DNA of 64,000 bases from Corallochytrium limacisporum Hawaii (Eukaryota > Protista > Pluriformea): positions 48,037 to 112,036 of the forward strand of contig PDIP01000053.1 in the NCBI GenBank assembly GCA_002811645.1. Reading direction: 5' to 3'. Both the position numbers and the translations under genes were made by a program. Each line of letters opens with the position of its first letter. Position 1 is the first letter of the stretch. The notes under the pieces were generated by a model. That model saw nothing but the letters and a program-made list of their open reading frames with translations, had not been told where the DNA came from and did not search any database. Of the stretch, positions 21,305 through 33,887 are shown one piece after another.

Positions 21305-22347
21305 TGAGAATATCAATGCAGTATAGCATTAAACATCTTTATCTACTAGCGTCTCCATAACTTCTCCTACTAGTCAGTTTGCCTTGGTGCCTGTATATTC
21401 AGTATGAACACGACGGACAATTCAATCTCCTACCAAATGCGAAGGGAGACACCCGCGTAAAGGACTTAATAATGCTTTTACTATGGGATCCCTTGGAACT
21501 TCTGAGCGGGGAGGCAGGTGCGGTATCCAAGTGAACAGGCCGACGAGGGGAGAGGGAGATAGGCCCGGTGGGAACGGCTGCCTGTGCGTTAGGACGGTAA
21601 AGGGGAGGTGTGTCAGACCTGGGCACGGACCCGTCTGTTGTGTCCAGAGTGTCTTGAGACTGTACGGGTCTGTGCCTCTTGTGTAGCAATCTCAGCTATG
21701 GAGTGATACACCGCTTGGTTTAGGAACTCCCAGCAGGTGGAGAACGAGCCAGGACGTTTTGGTGAAGCAATCATCAGTACATATCTCCAATGTCCAGCAA
21801 TCCGCCTTTGCGTGATGCTAGCGACGGACCAGGAGCCTACTTTGCTGTGTCAGATGACACCGTTTTCTAGGGGACCGCCGGTCAGCCGTCACCCGCTGGA
21901 GTACAAACATCCACCGCGGCTGCACGGTCAATCCAAGATTTCGCACTGACCTATGGAATCCACTCTTTTCAGAACATACGGACGATGGTTACCGCAGCAC
22001 ATGACTGTCACAACTTCTGATGCGGCCGCGGTGGCTTCTCGACAGCACCATTACTCAGTAGTTCCAGTTCGGCTGTCATCGTCGAGCCCACTACGCACTG
22101 CACGTGCTGGGCCGGGAGGAGTCAAAGCTTTCTGTCTTGTAGAAAAGCAAGTAGCTATTGCTAACCAGGAGAAAACACCCCGTCCATCACGGTTTCAGAG
22201 GTCGAGATCCGGAAATCGCCGACTCGATACCAGGCGCATGACGAGGCCACTGCTGACGGCTTCATCAGATGGATTGAACTCAACAATATAGCATGTCCAA
22301 AACTAATGTACAGGATCTATGGAATGTAGTAAATTTGTCATGATTCT

Positions 22348-22746
22348 TTAGGTTCCGCGGAGGAAATTGCTGCGTTGTTTGTGATACTGCAGTCCAGCAC
22401 GCTCCAGTTTCATCAGATTGTTTGCACGTTCTGTTTCCAGGAGCATGCCGTACTCGGCGGTGGCTGTCTCCGGATACTTCTTCAGACCGTAGTCGGACAT
22501 ATTGCTCTTGCCACTTTGTTTTGACCGTTTGCGCTGTTCAGTGAGCAGAAAACCCCAGACAGACTCCCACTTCTATGCCGTTTCCATTTCGAATTCGATA
22601 TTCTTGGCCCAGACAGCCTGGGCATGGATATAGTCGACCTCGTGCGTTTCGGCAGCCGTTGTCAGAAATTGTCTCTGCTGCCAATAGACCAAATTTACAG
22701 CCTTTGATTCCCATTTTAAAGTGAAGAAGTGGGATCACACAGGCAT
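22348..22746 (-). pseudogene. C2orf50(CIMIP5)/C20orf85(CIMIP1)-family ciliary microtubule inner protein interrupted by an in-frame TAG
   Basis: One frame reads ...EVDYIHAQAVWAKNIEFEMETA*KWESVWGFLL...KKYPETATAEYGMLLETERANNLMKLE...GT*, with TAG at 22575-22573. The only upstream in-frame ATG (22746) is followed by TGA two codons later. Confidence 0.65.
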
Positions 22747-23621
22747 ACTCGTACCCTCACTGGGAAATTTCAGAAGTCCTGAAATGAAGTGCTTCAGGAT
22801 AGAATTCAACACTGGCACCGGGGTCAGACGCAGCGAAGATTACCCTCCCTGACCCGCTCGACCTTTCCCCCCTTCCCTCGGCGGGAAATGCCAAGCGAGG
22901 AGGCCGCAGGACACTACAGGCCAAGTAGGGGATACAGTGCCGTGTGCCCACGCCGCAAAATCTGTTGGCCGCTGACCGTGTTTGCTCCCGAGGGCGAGGC
23001 ACACAATTGGACTCCCTCTCCGCCTCCCCTCCCCCTTTTTCAAATTTATCCGGCCCGAAAGCTGCGCTCCCGCTCCCAAACCCGGCCGTGCGCGTCAGGA
23101 CGGGCTACACCGCTCCGCTCGTAATCGCCGAGTGGTGGGAGGGAGATAATGTCCCCCTCCCAATAGTAGGGTTTTTTTTGCTGGGTCCCCTTGGTTTCCT
23201 TGGGACCGCGGGGTGGTCGCGGTGCGCTAAGGCGAATCGCGGGGAGAGGACTTGGTACCACGCAAAAGACTGTTCCCAGGACGGTGTTGGTTGGGCTCGC
23301 TGTCCGTTACACAATTTATCCAATAGCGGTCAATTGTGTTACCTTAATGAGCCTGCTGCTTTCCCCTATCTGAGCTCTGCATGCTTCTCACTTGGCACGG
23401 CCATAAAATCAATAGCTATATATTGCGCGCGGTTAGCATCCAGTTTCCTATTGGTGTTAAGCAACCTGTACAGAAGCTACTGGTGCAAAGAGAATATAAC
23501 GATACGATAAATCACTCTATGAGAACGGGCAATGGCAACTGTGCGTTCACAAAGACCATGCCTGTGATAGCATTCGCCCTCGGTTCTTAATAAGGTGCGT
23601 TACCGTTAACACCTAGAAAAT

Positions 23622-26489
23622 ATGTCAGACCACACAGTCGGGACGATTCCGCGTACGAGACCTTCGTTTTACCGAAAAGCAACGCTTCGACGTAACCGGT
23701 CCACAAAGACAGCTTTGAATTACAAGCCAGAAAGACTTCAAAGGGAAGCTGTCTCTATCGACGGCGGGCAATGCGACGATGGCAAAATAATGTTACAAGC
23801 AACGGGAAGACTAATCTGGCCCAAGTGTAGAGTGTACAGTAGCGAACCGGAAAAGCTAGTGATCGAGCAGTTAAGCAAAGAAGATGAACAGATTATTGCT
23901 GATGATCACCATTTACCACGCGCATTTGTTGAACAAGCAGAAGCTCAGCAGCAGTGGTTTGGAAGGTTGTTCTACGGGAAGGAGTACGAGGGATGGTTCG
24001 GGGAAGGCACAACCTGTGGCCCGTTTTTGATGACAGTTTTGCGACCGAATAAGGACAAACATGGCGAAGAGAACGATCTGCACGGTCGGGGGACAAAATC
24101 ACGCAGATCTTTTAGTATGGGAACATTCCGAAGGCGAAGTCACGATGCCGACGGGGCTGCGGTGGCTATGAGAGCAACTGGTGACTTTAAGTCTGGGTTG
24201 AAATCGCTGACGGACAATGTCCTTGTAATGTTATGGAAGGAGTCAGGCATTGAGACCATAGCTCTTCCCGCCACTTTCCGGAACTATTCAGGAACAAAAC
24301 TTGTACACAAAGTTGATCCGGCTATGGAACTAGTGTCAAGACTACGCCCGTACAGTCTGGTGAGCCATCAGGAGGATTTATTGAATATTGAGAACTTCTT
24401 GAACAACCGCACCAAGAAGGTCGGTGTCTTATATGCTCGGAGGGGACAGAAGACAGAGAATGAGTTCTACGCAAACGAGACCGGGCCGGATGCATTCTAT
24501 GCCTTCTGTGACCGGTATCTAGGAGAGCGCATCAAACTTAAAGGATTCAATGGATACAAAGGCGGACTTGATGTTGTGAACGATTCCACTGGCGTCGAGT
24601 CCTATTACTCAAATGAGCCAAGGTGGGAGGTCATGTACCACGTTTCCACTCTACTACCCTTCCGCGCTACTGGAGGTACCCAGATTGAACGGAAACGACA
24701 CATAGGTAATGATCTCATCAACATCATCTACGTGGATTGTATGGATGTAGAACACCACGAACTCGGAGAGGACGAAGTTGACGTGGACATTAGCAAATTC
24801 ACGTCGAAGTATGTCCAGGTCTATATTGTAGTCATTGCATGTAAGGACGGTTACTTGGTCTCGGTAGGAAACCGACCAGATCTGACTCCGTATGGGCCCA
24901 TTATCAATGGCAAGGCAATTTTTTATGATGGTCCCCAAATGAGTCACTTCCTGAAGGCAAAGATCGCAAATGGAACACTGGCCAGCAGTATGGGACAAAA
25001 GTTCAAGGAGCGCACCAGAAGGGCAGTGAAGGATCTGTTGCAAACAGTGATTGCTCAGTTTGAGCAGCGTAGCAGTTGGATTCGCGCTACGGGAGGCAAG
25101 AAGAAGATCGAACACAAAGCTGAAACCAGTGATGATCAGAGACGTGGTAGCGTAGAGGAAAGAAGGGACAGCGGAAAATCCACAATTGGTGCGGAGGACT
25201 CTGATATTGGTACTGAACTCTTCAAGCCACGGCTGATCACCGAGAGCGAAGGATTCAGAATTAGACACGGTGATTACATCATTCAACCAGAACGGTCGCT
25301 TGATGAAAGTAAGACCATGCTCCTGGGAACAAGCAAAGGTCTATATCTCTTACGCCTGGAAAATAACGCTAGCCCTCAAAAGATTGCACTGTTGGACGGG
25401 TTTGACGTTGCGTATGTAGCATTGCTTATTGAGTACGACGTACTGATCGCAGTGGCGTCCCCTAAGAAACTCAAGACTCAGAGCGGGGTTTTCAAGGGTG
25501 CGCTGAGCCAGTTGAATAACATTTTGCATTTCAACGATGCTAAGGACTACCAGAAAAAGATGCATGCTACCTGCTACGCATTCCGCGCGGGCATGCTGAC
25601 ACTGGCGGCTGAGGACTTGGTAGATATTGACTACGACAAGTATGCAATAACGGACGACAGTACATGTCGCTTAATTGCTCTAGACCACCAGAATCGAGAA
25701 GAGTTCCTCACGCTCCTCGAAGATCAAATTGACGACCCCTCCTCAAAGGCCGAAATGGGGCAGCCATCCACATTTGTATTGTGCACTGGCGCAAAAGGTA
25801 CGAAACTGAGTGGGTTCCGGCTGAAGGCTGTGTCACCAGATAAGTACTGTGACACTACAACCAAAGCAGGGCCTGACGCGCTGGAACCGCCGACAATAAC
25901 GAACCTCGGTGAACAAAAATTCCCAGAGCCCATATCCGACATGGCAATCCAGGGTAATGACATTGTTCTAGCACTTCAGTCCAAGATTTTGGTCCTGGAT
26001 ACGAACACAATGAATGAGACAGCAGAGCTGAGCCCCCAGGTCATGTTTGGGGCAGAACGAATTGTGCAGCCCGCGTTTGTAACAGGAGCAGGAGGGAAAA
26101 GATTCCTCGTCGGCCATTCAGCTGTGGGTTACTTCCTGGACACGAGCAACATGCCAACCGTGGAGTCTAATGCCGACGAGAGGCAGCTGCACAGGATCAG
26201 AGCCAATGTCCCGCCTACTCATGTCCACTTTGGTCATCCATTCGTGTTCATCTTTGGCAACGGGGTCGTGGAAATCCGATCCCAGAACAATGGCATGCAT
26301 CTGCAGACAATTTCGATTGACACAAGCAGTTACCTGGGAACAGTGTATTGTGATTGTCGGCTCATTATCAGTCGCACACGCGTGAAGGACAACGGTGAAG
26401 AGTGCTCAGCCATCTTTGCGCTTGAGCTGGAAGATGAATGCATGGTCGATGTGAATGGCAGCTGTGCAGACCCCTGCCATGCAGAATAA
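23622..26489 (+). CDS. GARNL3: RapGAP domain + CNH (citron homology) domain protein
   Basis: KVGVLY...GQ.TE.E, GF.GY.GGLD, EVMYHVSTLLP and QIERKRHIGND (Asn thumb). The C-terminal beta-propeller has LLGTSKGLY and PFVFIF....VEIR. Confidence 0.85.
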   Translation: MSDHTVGTIPRTRPSFYRKATLRRNRSTKTALNYKPERLQREAVSIDGGQCDDGKIMLQATGRLIWPKCRVYSSEPEKLVIEQLSKEDEQIIADDHHLPRAFVEQAEAQQQWFGRLFYGKEYEGWFGEGTTCGPFLMTVLRPNKDKHGEENDLHGRGTKSRRSFSMGTFRRRSHDADGAAVAMRATGDFKSGLKSLTDNVLVMLWKESGIETIALPATFRNYSGTKLVHKVDPAMELVSRLRPYSLVSHQEDLLNIENFLNNRTKKVGVLYARRGQKTENEFYANETGPDAFYAFCDRYLGERIKLKGFNGYKGGLDVVNDSTGVESYYSNEPRWEVMYHVSTLLPFRATGGTQIERKRHIGNDLINIIYVDCMDVEHHELGEDEVDVDISKFTSKYVQVYIVVIACKDGYLVSVGNRPDLTPYGPIINGKAIFYDGPQMSHFLKAKIANGTLASSMGQKFKERTRRAVKDLLQTVIAQFEQRSSWIRATGGKKKIEHKAETSDDQRRGSVEERRDSGKSTIGAEDSDIGTELFKPRLITESEGFRIRHGDYIIQPERSLDESKTMLLGTSKGLYLLRLENNASPQKIALLDGFDVAYVALLIEYDVLIAVASPKKLKTQSGVFKGALSQLNNILHFNDAKDYQKKMHATCYAFRAGMLTLAAEDLVDIDYDKYAITDDSTCRLIALDHQNREEFLTLLEDQIDDPSSKAEMGQPSTFVLCTGAKGTKLSGFRLKAVSPDKYCDTTTKAGPDALEPPTITNLGEQKFPEPISDMAIQGNDIVLALQSKILVLDTNTMNETAELSPQVMFGAERIVQPAFVTGAGGKRFLVGHSAVGYFLDTSNMPTVESNADERQLHRIRANVPPTHVHFGHPFVFIFGNGVVEIRSQNNGMHLQTISIDTSSYLGTVYCDCRLIISRTRVKDNGEECSAIFALELEDECMVDVNGSCADPCHAE

Positions 26490-27202
26490 ATGACAGTTTG
26501 ATCAAAATTGATTTGTCCGTTTGTTTCTTTAAAAGATGGCCGCTAATGTGTGACTGACGAACCGGACAAACACAGTTTCCGCAAATCTTACAGTGGTGGT
26601 GTACGCAGCAATCCGATCATGTTTGGAAGGGTTTTTACTGCCTGGCTGTATTCGCATCTCATTGCGATCCCCTTTTACTCTCCTTCCCCTCCATTCCCTT
26701 CCCTCCCCTCCCCCGGGGAAGGCTCCCTCTCTCCCTCTTCCCCACGACATGGTTACCGTGCCATAAGCGCAGCCGCTGCCGCCACAGATTATGTATGTCT
26801 CACAGGCGGTAGAGACAAGGCGGCCACCTCTCTCGCGGAAGGGGGGACGGTCGCGGAAAACAGGGAGCGGCCGCAAAAATTGGCAGCGAGCCGGTTGGGG
26901 GTTGCAACGAAGAGAAGTGCGGGATGGGGACAGACCTCACGCGCCGAAGAGGCGGTAAGCGGGTTCTGTGTCCGCCCGTGGCCTGCGAACGGCGGCGGTG
27001 CAGGTAGTCAATAATGAATAAGGCTGAAGCAACTGTGATGAAGTTGAGGACTGCAAAGGGCCCAGGAAGACAGAAAAGACGCGAATAGATCTAGCGCTCT
27101 TAGTGGCACCTTAAGAGTGAATATAATGACCATGTAGGCAATGACAGCTGCCCTCAGAAGCCAGGAATAGGATAGTTTAGCTCGAAGTGGATAAACTGAG
27201 CA

Positions 27203-29086
27203 ATGCCGTCAGAAGCAGTACAAAGCAATTATAGGGAAATACCCCAAGATGATTACCCGGATGTGGACCCAGAGAGGCAGCCACTGCTGCAATCAACAGA
27301 CGATGATGCGCCGAGATTGCCTCCCACAAATGTGCCAGTCCTGATCACATGGCCTGTCATGGGTTATGCATACTGGACCTTCATGTGCCTCGAAACTTTC
27401 CTATTAAGTGGTGTCGTTTTTGGCTGGCCTAGTTTAGTTACAATATACCGTCGGCATCACGAGTACGAAGATCTCTGTCCACACGACAAGGCTCCGTGCT
27501 CAGCGCAGTTGGCACGGTTTGAATTGGCCTTCACATGGGCAAGTTTCATGATTGCAGCCAGCTCATTCATCTCTGGCTATACCTTTGATCACTGTGGACC
27601 TAAATTCACCCGCTTCGGCGGTGAATTGTGCATGGTTGTCGGGTTGGTACTGCTCAACATTTTCCACGACCCTGGCAATGGGCGGGATTATCATATACTC
27701 GACATAGGCGTCGTCCTTCTAACAACCGGAGGCATTGCTGCTTTGATCACGGGTTTCCATGTTGCATCTCTATTCACCGCAAGGGTTCGGCTGCTGATGA
27801 TTGCCCTCTACAATGGATCATTTGACAGTGCAGCAGTTGTGTTCCTTGTGATGGATGTGCTGGATCGTAAGGAGCTTCTCAGTTACCATTGGTTTCTTTG
27901 GGGTATGGTCGCACTGGCGGTGTTTGCCTTATGCCTTACTATAGCCTTACATCCACTGCAGCCCATGGAGACACCGAGTATAGAAGACCTCCAGGATGAT
28001 GACTTTTTGCAGTCAAAACCTGAAGGCGTAGCCGCAGATGAAGAGGATGCGGATTTGAATAGCAGTAACTCAACCCAGATCCAACGGCAGATTTCCAAGG
28101 AACTACGTCGGCTCGGCGCTGAAGGTATGGAAGAACGCATTGACAGGCAACGGGCTAAGAAATCAAAACAAACAGGTACAGGGTTCAGACCGCTATATGG
28201 AGAAAGAACACAAAGCGATGTACCGGAGTGGCCGGACTCGCCTTTGCTGACTGCCGAAGATGGATCTTCGCCTCGTAGAGGATCTCCATCCACAGCGCGG
28301 AGGGTGCCCCCTCTTGAGACACCGCCACGTCTACCGCGGGAGAAGAGTACTGGTTCTCAAAAGAGTGACGACGGCGGATTAGTATCAGCGTTGGATCGCC
28401 GCAGGGACAGTGATCCAAAGTACATGACGCCTGGCGGCGACCTTTCACCGCGCCATCCCATCACTGAGGTTGCTCTAGAAAACGACCGGCAAGACACACC
28501 TGCAGAATGGAAGGAGTCACCTTCAATGCTGGATATTGTCCGCACGCCACGCTTCTGGACGTGCCTCATCTACGTCTGCTTCATGCAGCTGCGCCAGTTC
28601 TTCTTCATTGGCTCTCTGAATGCCAAGGTCTTCCATTGGAGCGGACATTCGGACGCGGCAGCAAACCAGTACGTAGATTTCTTCAACAGCACTCTGTTTG
28701 CTGGTTTCTTATACAACGCAGTGGCTGGTCTGGTCCTGGCTAAGTTTGGTTTCTACTGGGAGTTTGTGGCCACGCTGGTGCTGGCTAACCTGATGGGCAT
28801 CCTTGACTGTATTCCTTTGGTGTGGTTGCAGCCTTTGATCTTTGTCCTTTACGGCCTGTGGCGCGGGTTCCTGTACACCGGCATTACCGCATTCTTCGCC
28901 ACAATGTTCCCTATGGAACATTTTGGGAAGATCGTGGGCATCATGTACCTGGTGAGTGCTTTAGTCAGCTTCGCACAGTATCCGCTGTACCATCTAGCTG
29001 ATGCCATCGGTTACCAATGGGTCAACTTGGGTTTTCTCATCATGACCCTGTCGCTTTTTAGCACCCTGAGCATGATTCACCGCTGA
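27203..29086 (+). CDS. SLC43 (LAT3/LAT4, Fmp42-like) MFS transporter
   Basis: ETFLLSGVVFGWPSL, C..Q...F.LAFT, G..FD..GP, NGSFDSAAVVF and FP.EHFGK..G. N-terminal dileucine ERQPLL. Confidence 0.85.
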   Translation: MPSEAVQSNYREIPQDDYPDVDPERQPLLQSTDDDAPRLPPTNVPVLITWPVMGYAYWTFMCLETFLLSGVVFGWPSLVTIYRRHHEYEDLCPHDKAPCSAQLARFELAFTWASFMIAASSFISGYTFDHCGPKFTRFGGELCMVVGLVLLNIFHDPGNGRDYHILDIGVVLLTTGGIAALITGFHVASLFTARVRLLMIALYNGSFDSAAVVFLVMDVLDRKELLSYHWFLWGMVALAVFALCLTIALHPLQPMETPSIEDLQDDDFLQSKPEGVAADEEDADLNSSNSTQIQRQISKELRRLGAEGMEERIDRQRAKKSKQTGTGFRPLYGERTQSDVPEWPDSPLLTAEDGSSPRRGSPSTARRVPPLETPPRLPREKSTGSQKSDDGGLVSALDRRRDSDPKYMTPGGDLSPRHPITEVALENDRQDTPAEWKESPSMLDIVRTPRFWTCLIYVCFMQLRQFFFIGSLNAKVFHWSGHSDAAANQYVDFFNSTLFAGFLYNAVAGLVLAKFGFYWEFVATLVLANLMGILDCIPLVWLQPLIFVLYGLWRGFLYTGITAFFATMFPMEHFGKIVGIMYLVSALVSFAQYPLYHLADAIGYQWVNLGFLIMTLSLFSTLSMIHR

Positions 29087-29194
29087 GGAGTGATTCTAGT
29101 ACAATAGTAGTATGACAAGCCGCTTTATTATCTCAACTGACTATTTGGTTTCTCAATTTCATTTTTTTTTCAAATTTTTGATATGGAACTGACC

Positions 29195-31831
29195 CTACAA
29201 CTTGTTTGCAATGGTCAGAGGCGGTGACGAGTGCGTGTTGTCGACTTTCGGAGGACTCTCCAGCGCCAGCGGTAGGACCTCGTCAACCGTGTCTACGAAA
29301 TGGAACTCAATTTCCTCTCGGCTTGCCTCGGGGATTTCGTTGACGTCTTTCTCATTCTGATGACACATGATGATGCGCTTGATGCCGCGTCGAGACGCAG
29401 CCAGACACTTTTCCTTGATGCCCCCCACGGGCAGCACCTTGCCAGTTAGGGTCACCTCTCCGGTCATGGCAGTGTCGGCGCGAGCCTTAACCTCCATAAG
29501 GGTCGACGCTAGAGCGGTGACCATAGTGATACCGGCAGAAGGACCGTCCTTTGGCACGGCACCCTCGGGCAGATGGATGTGCAGATCAATCTTGTCGAAA
29601 CCACCACGCTCTTTGAGCTTCTGCTGAATGCCGAGCAGATGAGCCCGCGTGCGAACCACACTGACCGCAAGCTGTGCAGATTCTTTGATCACATCACCGA
29701 GTTGACCTGTGAGCATGACCTTTCCGTTGCCCGCTGAGACGGCAGCCTCCACGATCATGACATCGCCGCCGGCAGCAGTCCACGCCAATCCGTTCACGAT
29801 ACCGGGCATGACAATGCGATCGGCGTAATCAGCCTTGAAGGGGGGTGGGCCCAGTGCATCTTGCACAAAGTTAACATCCACACGGTGTGTACGTATAGAA
29901 GAGGCCAAGACGTTACCTTGGTCGTCCACAGCGTGCTCGTCATCGCTGGCGACGTTCACAGCATGTGCACGGATAACGCTGGCTATCTCACGCTCGAGCG
30001 AGCGCACACCAGCCTCGCGGGTGTAGTTGTCAACAATATATTGCACAATCTCCGGAGTGAATTCCATGGTCTCATCCTTCATGCCGTGTTCCTTGAGCTG
30101 TTTGGGAATGAGATGTTGCATAGCAATCATGACTTTCTCCGGATATGTGTATCCCTCGATGCGGATCATCTCCATGCGGTCCCGCAGGGCGGGAGGGATG
30201 GTGCTGGCGTCGTTGGCAGTGGCAATGAACATGACCTTGGACAGATCGTAGTGCACATTCAAGTAGTGGTCAACGAACGACGAATTCTGCTCAGGGTCCA
30301 GAACTTCAAGCAAGGCAGCCGCCGGGTCACCACGAAAGTCGCGTGTGAGCTTGTCAACCTCATCGAGCACGAATAAGGGGTTCGCCACACCGGCGCGGTG
30401 CATTCCCTGGATGACGCGACCAGGCATAGCACCAATGTAAGTGCGACGATGACCACGGATGTCTGCCTCATCGCGGACGCCGCCAAGGGAAATCCGCTGC
30501 AGAGGCCGGCCGACACTCTTGGCCACGGAAGTGGCCAGGGATGTCTTGCCTACGCCAGGTGGACCGACTAGGCACAGAATCGGGCCCCGCATGTCACTGC
30601 GCAGCTTGCGAACTGCAAGATACTGCAAAATACGCTTCTTAACCTTCTCGAGACCGTAGTGCTCGGCATCAAGATGGTTAGAGGCTGCGTGGATGTCCAG
30701 ATTGTCTTCAGTGTACTTGTCCCAGGGCAACTCTGCCATGAATTCAAGGTAGTCACGCAAAGTGTTGTACTCTGCCATCTGTGTGCTCATGCGGGAAATG
30801 CGCTTCAGTTCCTTCGTAACCACTTTGCGGGCATCCGGAGGCATGTTGATACCTTCCAGACGACGCTTCAGTTCCTCAATCTCGTTGTCAGAACCGCCTT
30901 CGCCGTTGCCTTCTCCAAGCTCCTCCTGAATGGCCTTCATCTGTTGGCGGAGAATGATCTCGCGCTGGGCTTTCGTAAGGTCGTCCTCCATTTTCTTCGC
31001 AATAGTCTTGGAGACTTTCAGGACTTCGATCTGCTTCTGCATGAGGCGCATTGAGGTGGCCATGCGCTTGGGCACGCTTGGCTCCTTGAGCAACTCGTAC
31101 TTGTCCTCAGGCGGCAGGTCCATGACAGAGCAGAGAATGTCTGGTAGAACCTCAGCAGGCGCCGTGTTGAGCAGCTCTTGCAGCCGTTGGGTCACATTGT
31201 TGTCTCCTTCGAGCATGCTAACCATTTCCTTGGCCATGTTCTTCACGCCCTTGATCTGTCCTTGGTACTGTGTGTCCTCATCGGTGTTTCTGTTGGCGGG
31301 GATGTCAACGTCCAAGAGAGGGGTAATATCTGCCAGGTAGTAGATACCCATGTTGGTCAGTGAGTGCACCCTAATGCGGACCAGACCCTCAACCATGAGA
31401 ATGTAGCGCTTTTCGCCTCGGCTGGCCTTCGTAATCTGCAACACCCGCGCTGCGGTGCCAATGTTCTTCAGATTCCGCACACTGCCGTCCTCAGCCTCTC
31501 CCACTTTGTGATCATTGGCTTTCTCGTCATCAAGAGATGGCACCATAGCAATGATATTGCGACGACTCTTTACAATTTCCTGCTCAACCATTTCTAAGCT
31601 TCCTTCGCTTTGAACTACGATACGCATCATCGCATTTGGGAGCAGCACTTTGTTTTCAATGGGCAACATCGGGATGGTGTGGGGGATCTTAATCTCATTA
31701 TTACCACTTTCCTGTTTCGGACGGGCAAGCCGCTTAATAATGGGGTTGTTTCCGCTATTGGAATTGGAAAGACTAATGTCCTGGGCGTAGTCACCGCCCC
31801 TACCTCTGGATGAGAACCCCTTCGCCTCCAT
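29195..31831 (-). CDS. LONP2: Peroxisomal Lon protease
   Basis: LON N-domain, Walker [20 protein letters not shown], catalytic PKDGPSAG and GGIKEK. C-terminal NKL (PTS1 variant) and no mitochondrial presequence. Confidence 0.92.
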   Translation of the reverse strand: MEAKGFSSRGRGGDYAQDISLSNSNSGNNPIIKRLARPKQESGNNEIKIPHTIPMLPIENKVLLPNAMMRIVVQSEGSLEMVEQEIVKSRRNIIAMVPSLDDEKANDHKVGEAEDGSVRNLKNIGTAARVLQITKASRGEKRYILMVEGLVRIRVHSLTNMGIYYLADITPLLDVDIPANRNTDEDTQYQGQIKGVKNMAKEMVSMLEGDNNVTQRLQELLNTAPAEVLPDILCSVMDLPPEDKYELLKEPSVPKRMATSMRLMQKQIEVLKVSKTIAKKMEDDLTKAQREIILRQQMKAIQEELGEGNGEGGSDNEIEELKRRLEGINMPPDARKVVTKELKRISRMSTQMAEYNTLRDYLEFMAELPWDKYTEDNLDIHAASNHLDAEHYGLEKVKKRILQYLAVRKLRSDMRGPILCLVGPPGVGKTSLATSVAKSVGRPLQRISLGGVRDEADIRGHRRTYIGAMPGRVIQGMHRAGVANPLFVLDEVDKLTRDFRGDPAAALLEVLDPEQNSSFVDHYLNVHYDLSKVMFIATANDASTIPPALRDRMEMIRIEGYTYPEKVMIAMQHLIPKQLKEHGMKDETMEFTPEIVQYIVDNYTREAGVRSLEREIASVIRAHAVNVASDDEHAVDDQGNVLASSIRTHRVDVNFVQDALGPPPFKADYADRIVMPGIVNGLAWTAAGGDVMIVEAAVSAGNGKVMLTGQLGDVIKESAQLAVSVVRTRAHLLGIQQKLKERGGFDKIDLHIHLPEGAVPKDGPSAGITMVTALASTLMEVKARADTAMTGEVTLTGKVLPVGGIKEKCLAASRRGIKRIIMCHQNEKDVNEIPEASREEIEFHFVDTVDEVLPLALESPPKVDNTHSSPPLTIANKL

Positions 31832-33069
31832 GTTGACCGTTCCTTTCAGTCGCTTGACTACGTTGCTGCTCTCTATGCTCCACTAGAATGACTCACACGA
31901 AGCCACAATTGCTCTTGTATCCCAAAATACCACACCACACAGCCGAAACAATCCCTATCAGCTGATACGGTGCACATTCTACTGTGCCTCGCAGAATCAG
32001 GCGCCGGGACCCAATGTCAAATACCTCCGGTGGATCTATTTTGGGCCCTGCGTAGAACCAATATTTGCATTCATCAGAAGCTTGGGCACGCACAAACCAT
32101 GTCCAGGCGCGCCAAAGAAGCACCGCAAGAAGCAACGAGAGCTTTTCCGCTCCCGTTTTGTGAGTCATGTCCTCACAAGCCGTTCCGTCGTGTTCTCGGA
32201 CACGCCTTGTCTTCGGGATCTTTTTGTCCTCCCTTCCCTCCGCTCCCTATCCGTGTCATTGCCCCAAGAAAAGAATAAGAAAAAAATATCCAGCGAAAAA
32301 TCCAAGTGGCAGTTCGGGTGATGACGAACTGGCGTGCCCGTGCATCCATCGGAGCCAACGGTTTTTTTTTTCTTTCCGTCTGGCACTTTCCTCTCTCTCT
32401 CTCTCTCTGTGAAGGGGCGCCCCGCCGGGAGGAAGGGGGGGGGGAGCCTCCCCACAAAACCCCCGTCGGCAGTTCTGGAAACCCCGACGGGCCTAGCTCT
32501 GCTGCTGCAGGTGTGTAGCTATTTTTTGCACAGCGCCGCACGTTCACTATGGAAATCTGGTGCTACTGGAATTCACCCGCTCCCGGGTGGTATCTGGTCG
32601 CTGCCAGCCCCTCCCGTCCGCCCGGTCACGTCAGCAACTGGCCGCAACCACGATTGCGCAATGGCTGGGACATGGTTATATATAGCACCTTAGGTACTAG
32701 AATTTTCATTCATTAGATACCATCAGTAACTACACCCAGATGGACACGAGGTATACGAAAGGAGAAATCAACCACCATCAGTCCACGGGCAGCTTGTCAC
32801 CCAACAGAGCACGGCTCCGCCAAGGCGCGTCGCAACGGAGGACCCACCTGAACTATTGATACCTACCGTATTTGAAACCACCTGCGTTTCATACAAAATG
32901 TTCATCCTACAACATAAGAATTTGGTACGTGCATGCCAATCCGGGGTGCCGCAAGTCCCGGCTCTCCGTTTACGTGTTGTTCCGTCGACGGTTCCCTCTC
33001 CCTTTCTTTGGCGCCCAACCCCCCCTCCCCTCCCCCCCCAACCCCACCCTTCCCAACTCCCCTCTGTCT

Positions 33070-33273
33070 NNNNNNNNNNNNNNNNNNNNNNNNNNNNNNN
33101 NNNNNNNNNNNNNNNNNNNNNNNNNNNNNNNNNNNNNNNNNNNNNNNNNNNNNNNNNNNNNNNNNNNNNNNNNNNNNNNNNNNNNNNNNNNNNNNNNNNN
33201 NNNNNNNNNNNNNNNNNNNNNNNNNNNNNNNNNNNNNNNNNNNNNNNNNNNNNNNNNNNNNNNNNNNNNNNNN
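33070..33273. other. Assembly gap
   Basis: N run within a pyrimidine/C-rich tract. Confidence 1.
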
Positions 33274-33887
33274 CACAAACTTTTCCTTCTTCTATCCTTC
33301 TCACTCTTTAGATCCTTGCCGCCCGCCCCCCCCCTCCCTCCGTGCGCTTGCCGGCCTTCTCTCCCGCTCCTTCTCACCCCAGACTAGGCCGGCTCGCACC
33401 GGCAACCCCTCTCTCCCTTCCGCTGCTGCGCTATTTTTGGCTGTGCGCTGCGAGTGTGGGGAGTCCAAAGCTTTGACGCCCGGTGCTTGAGCAAGCGGGA
33501 AAGCCGGACCGGAAGGGAAGGGGGAGTGGGGATTTGGGCCGGGTAGACCAACCTCAGGAATCACGACACTAGGAACATCAGCGGTGATGCAGTTCTAAAA
33601 GAGTCAGGAGAGTAAAGTAAGGAGATATAGAGCAAAGAGTGAATCAGAGGGCAAGAGCAGTAGCACAGTAGCGCAGCGTTCCAGGACCCCAAATTGTCAA
33701 TCTAAGAGATAAGGACGTTGAAAGCGAGTGGCTTTGCGTTATATGATGCCAGGATCCTGTGTGCAAAGAGCGCAGGTCCCAGGAAAAGATGGTTGTATTA
33801 ATCAAGGTGGTTGCTTAAGGTGTACATGAAGCTTGATTTGAAGATGTTTGAAGATGTTGCGTGGAAAGGACACGAGTTCTGATTCTC

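Noticed and set aside
21790-22329. Coding-looking plus-strand frame with three internal stops and a GCTAACCAG acceptor-like site
   Set aside because: No recognisable homology and no matching donor at the expected distance.
22573-22575. Genome-wide TAG-to-Gln reassignment
   Set aside because: TAG terminates LONP2 and the isomerase directly after their PTS1 and also ends the cyclase. The long conserved ORFs have no internal TAG.
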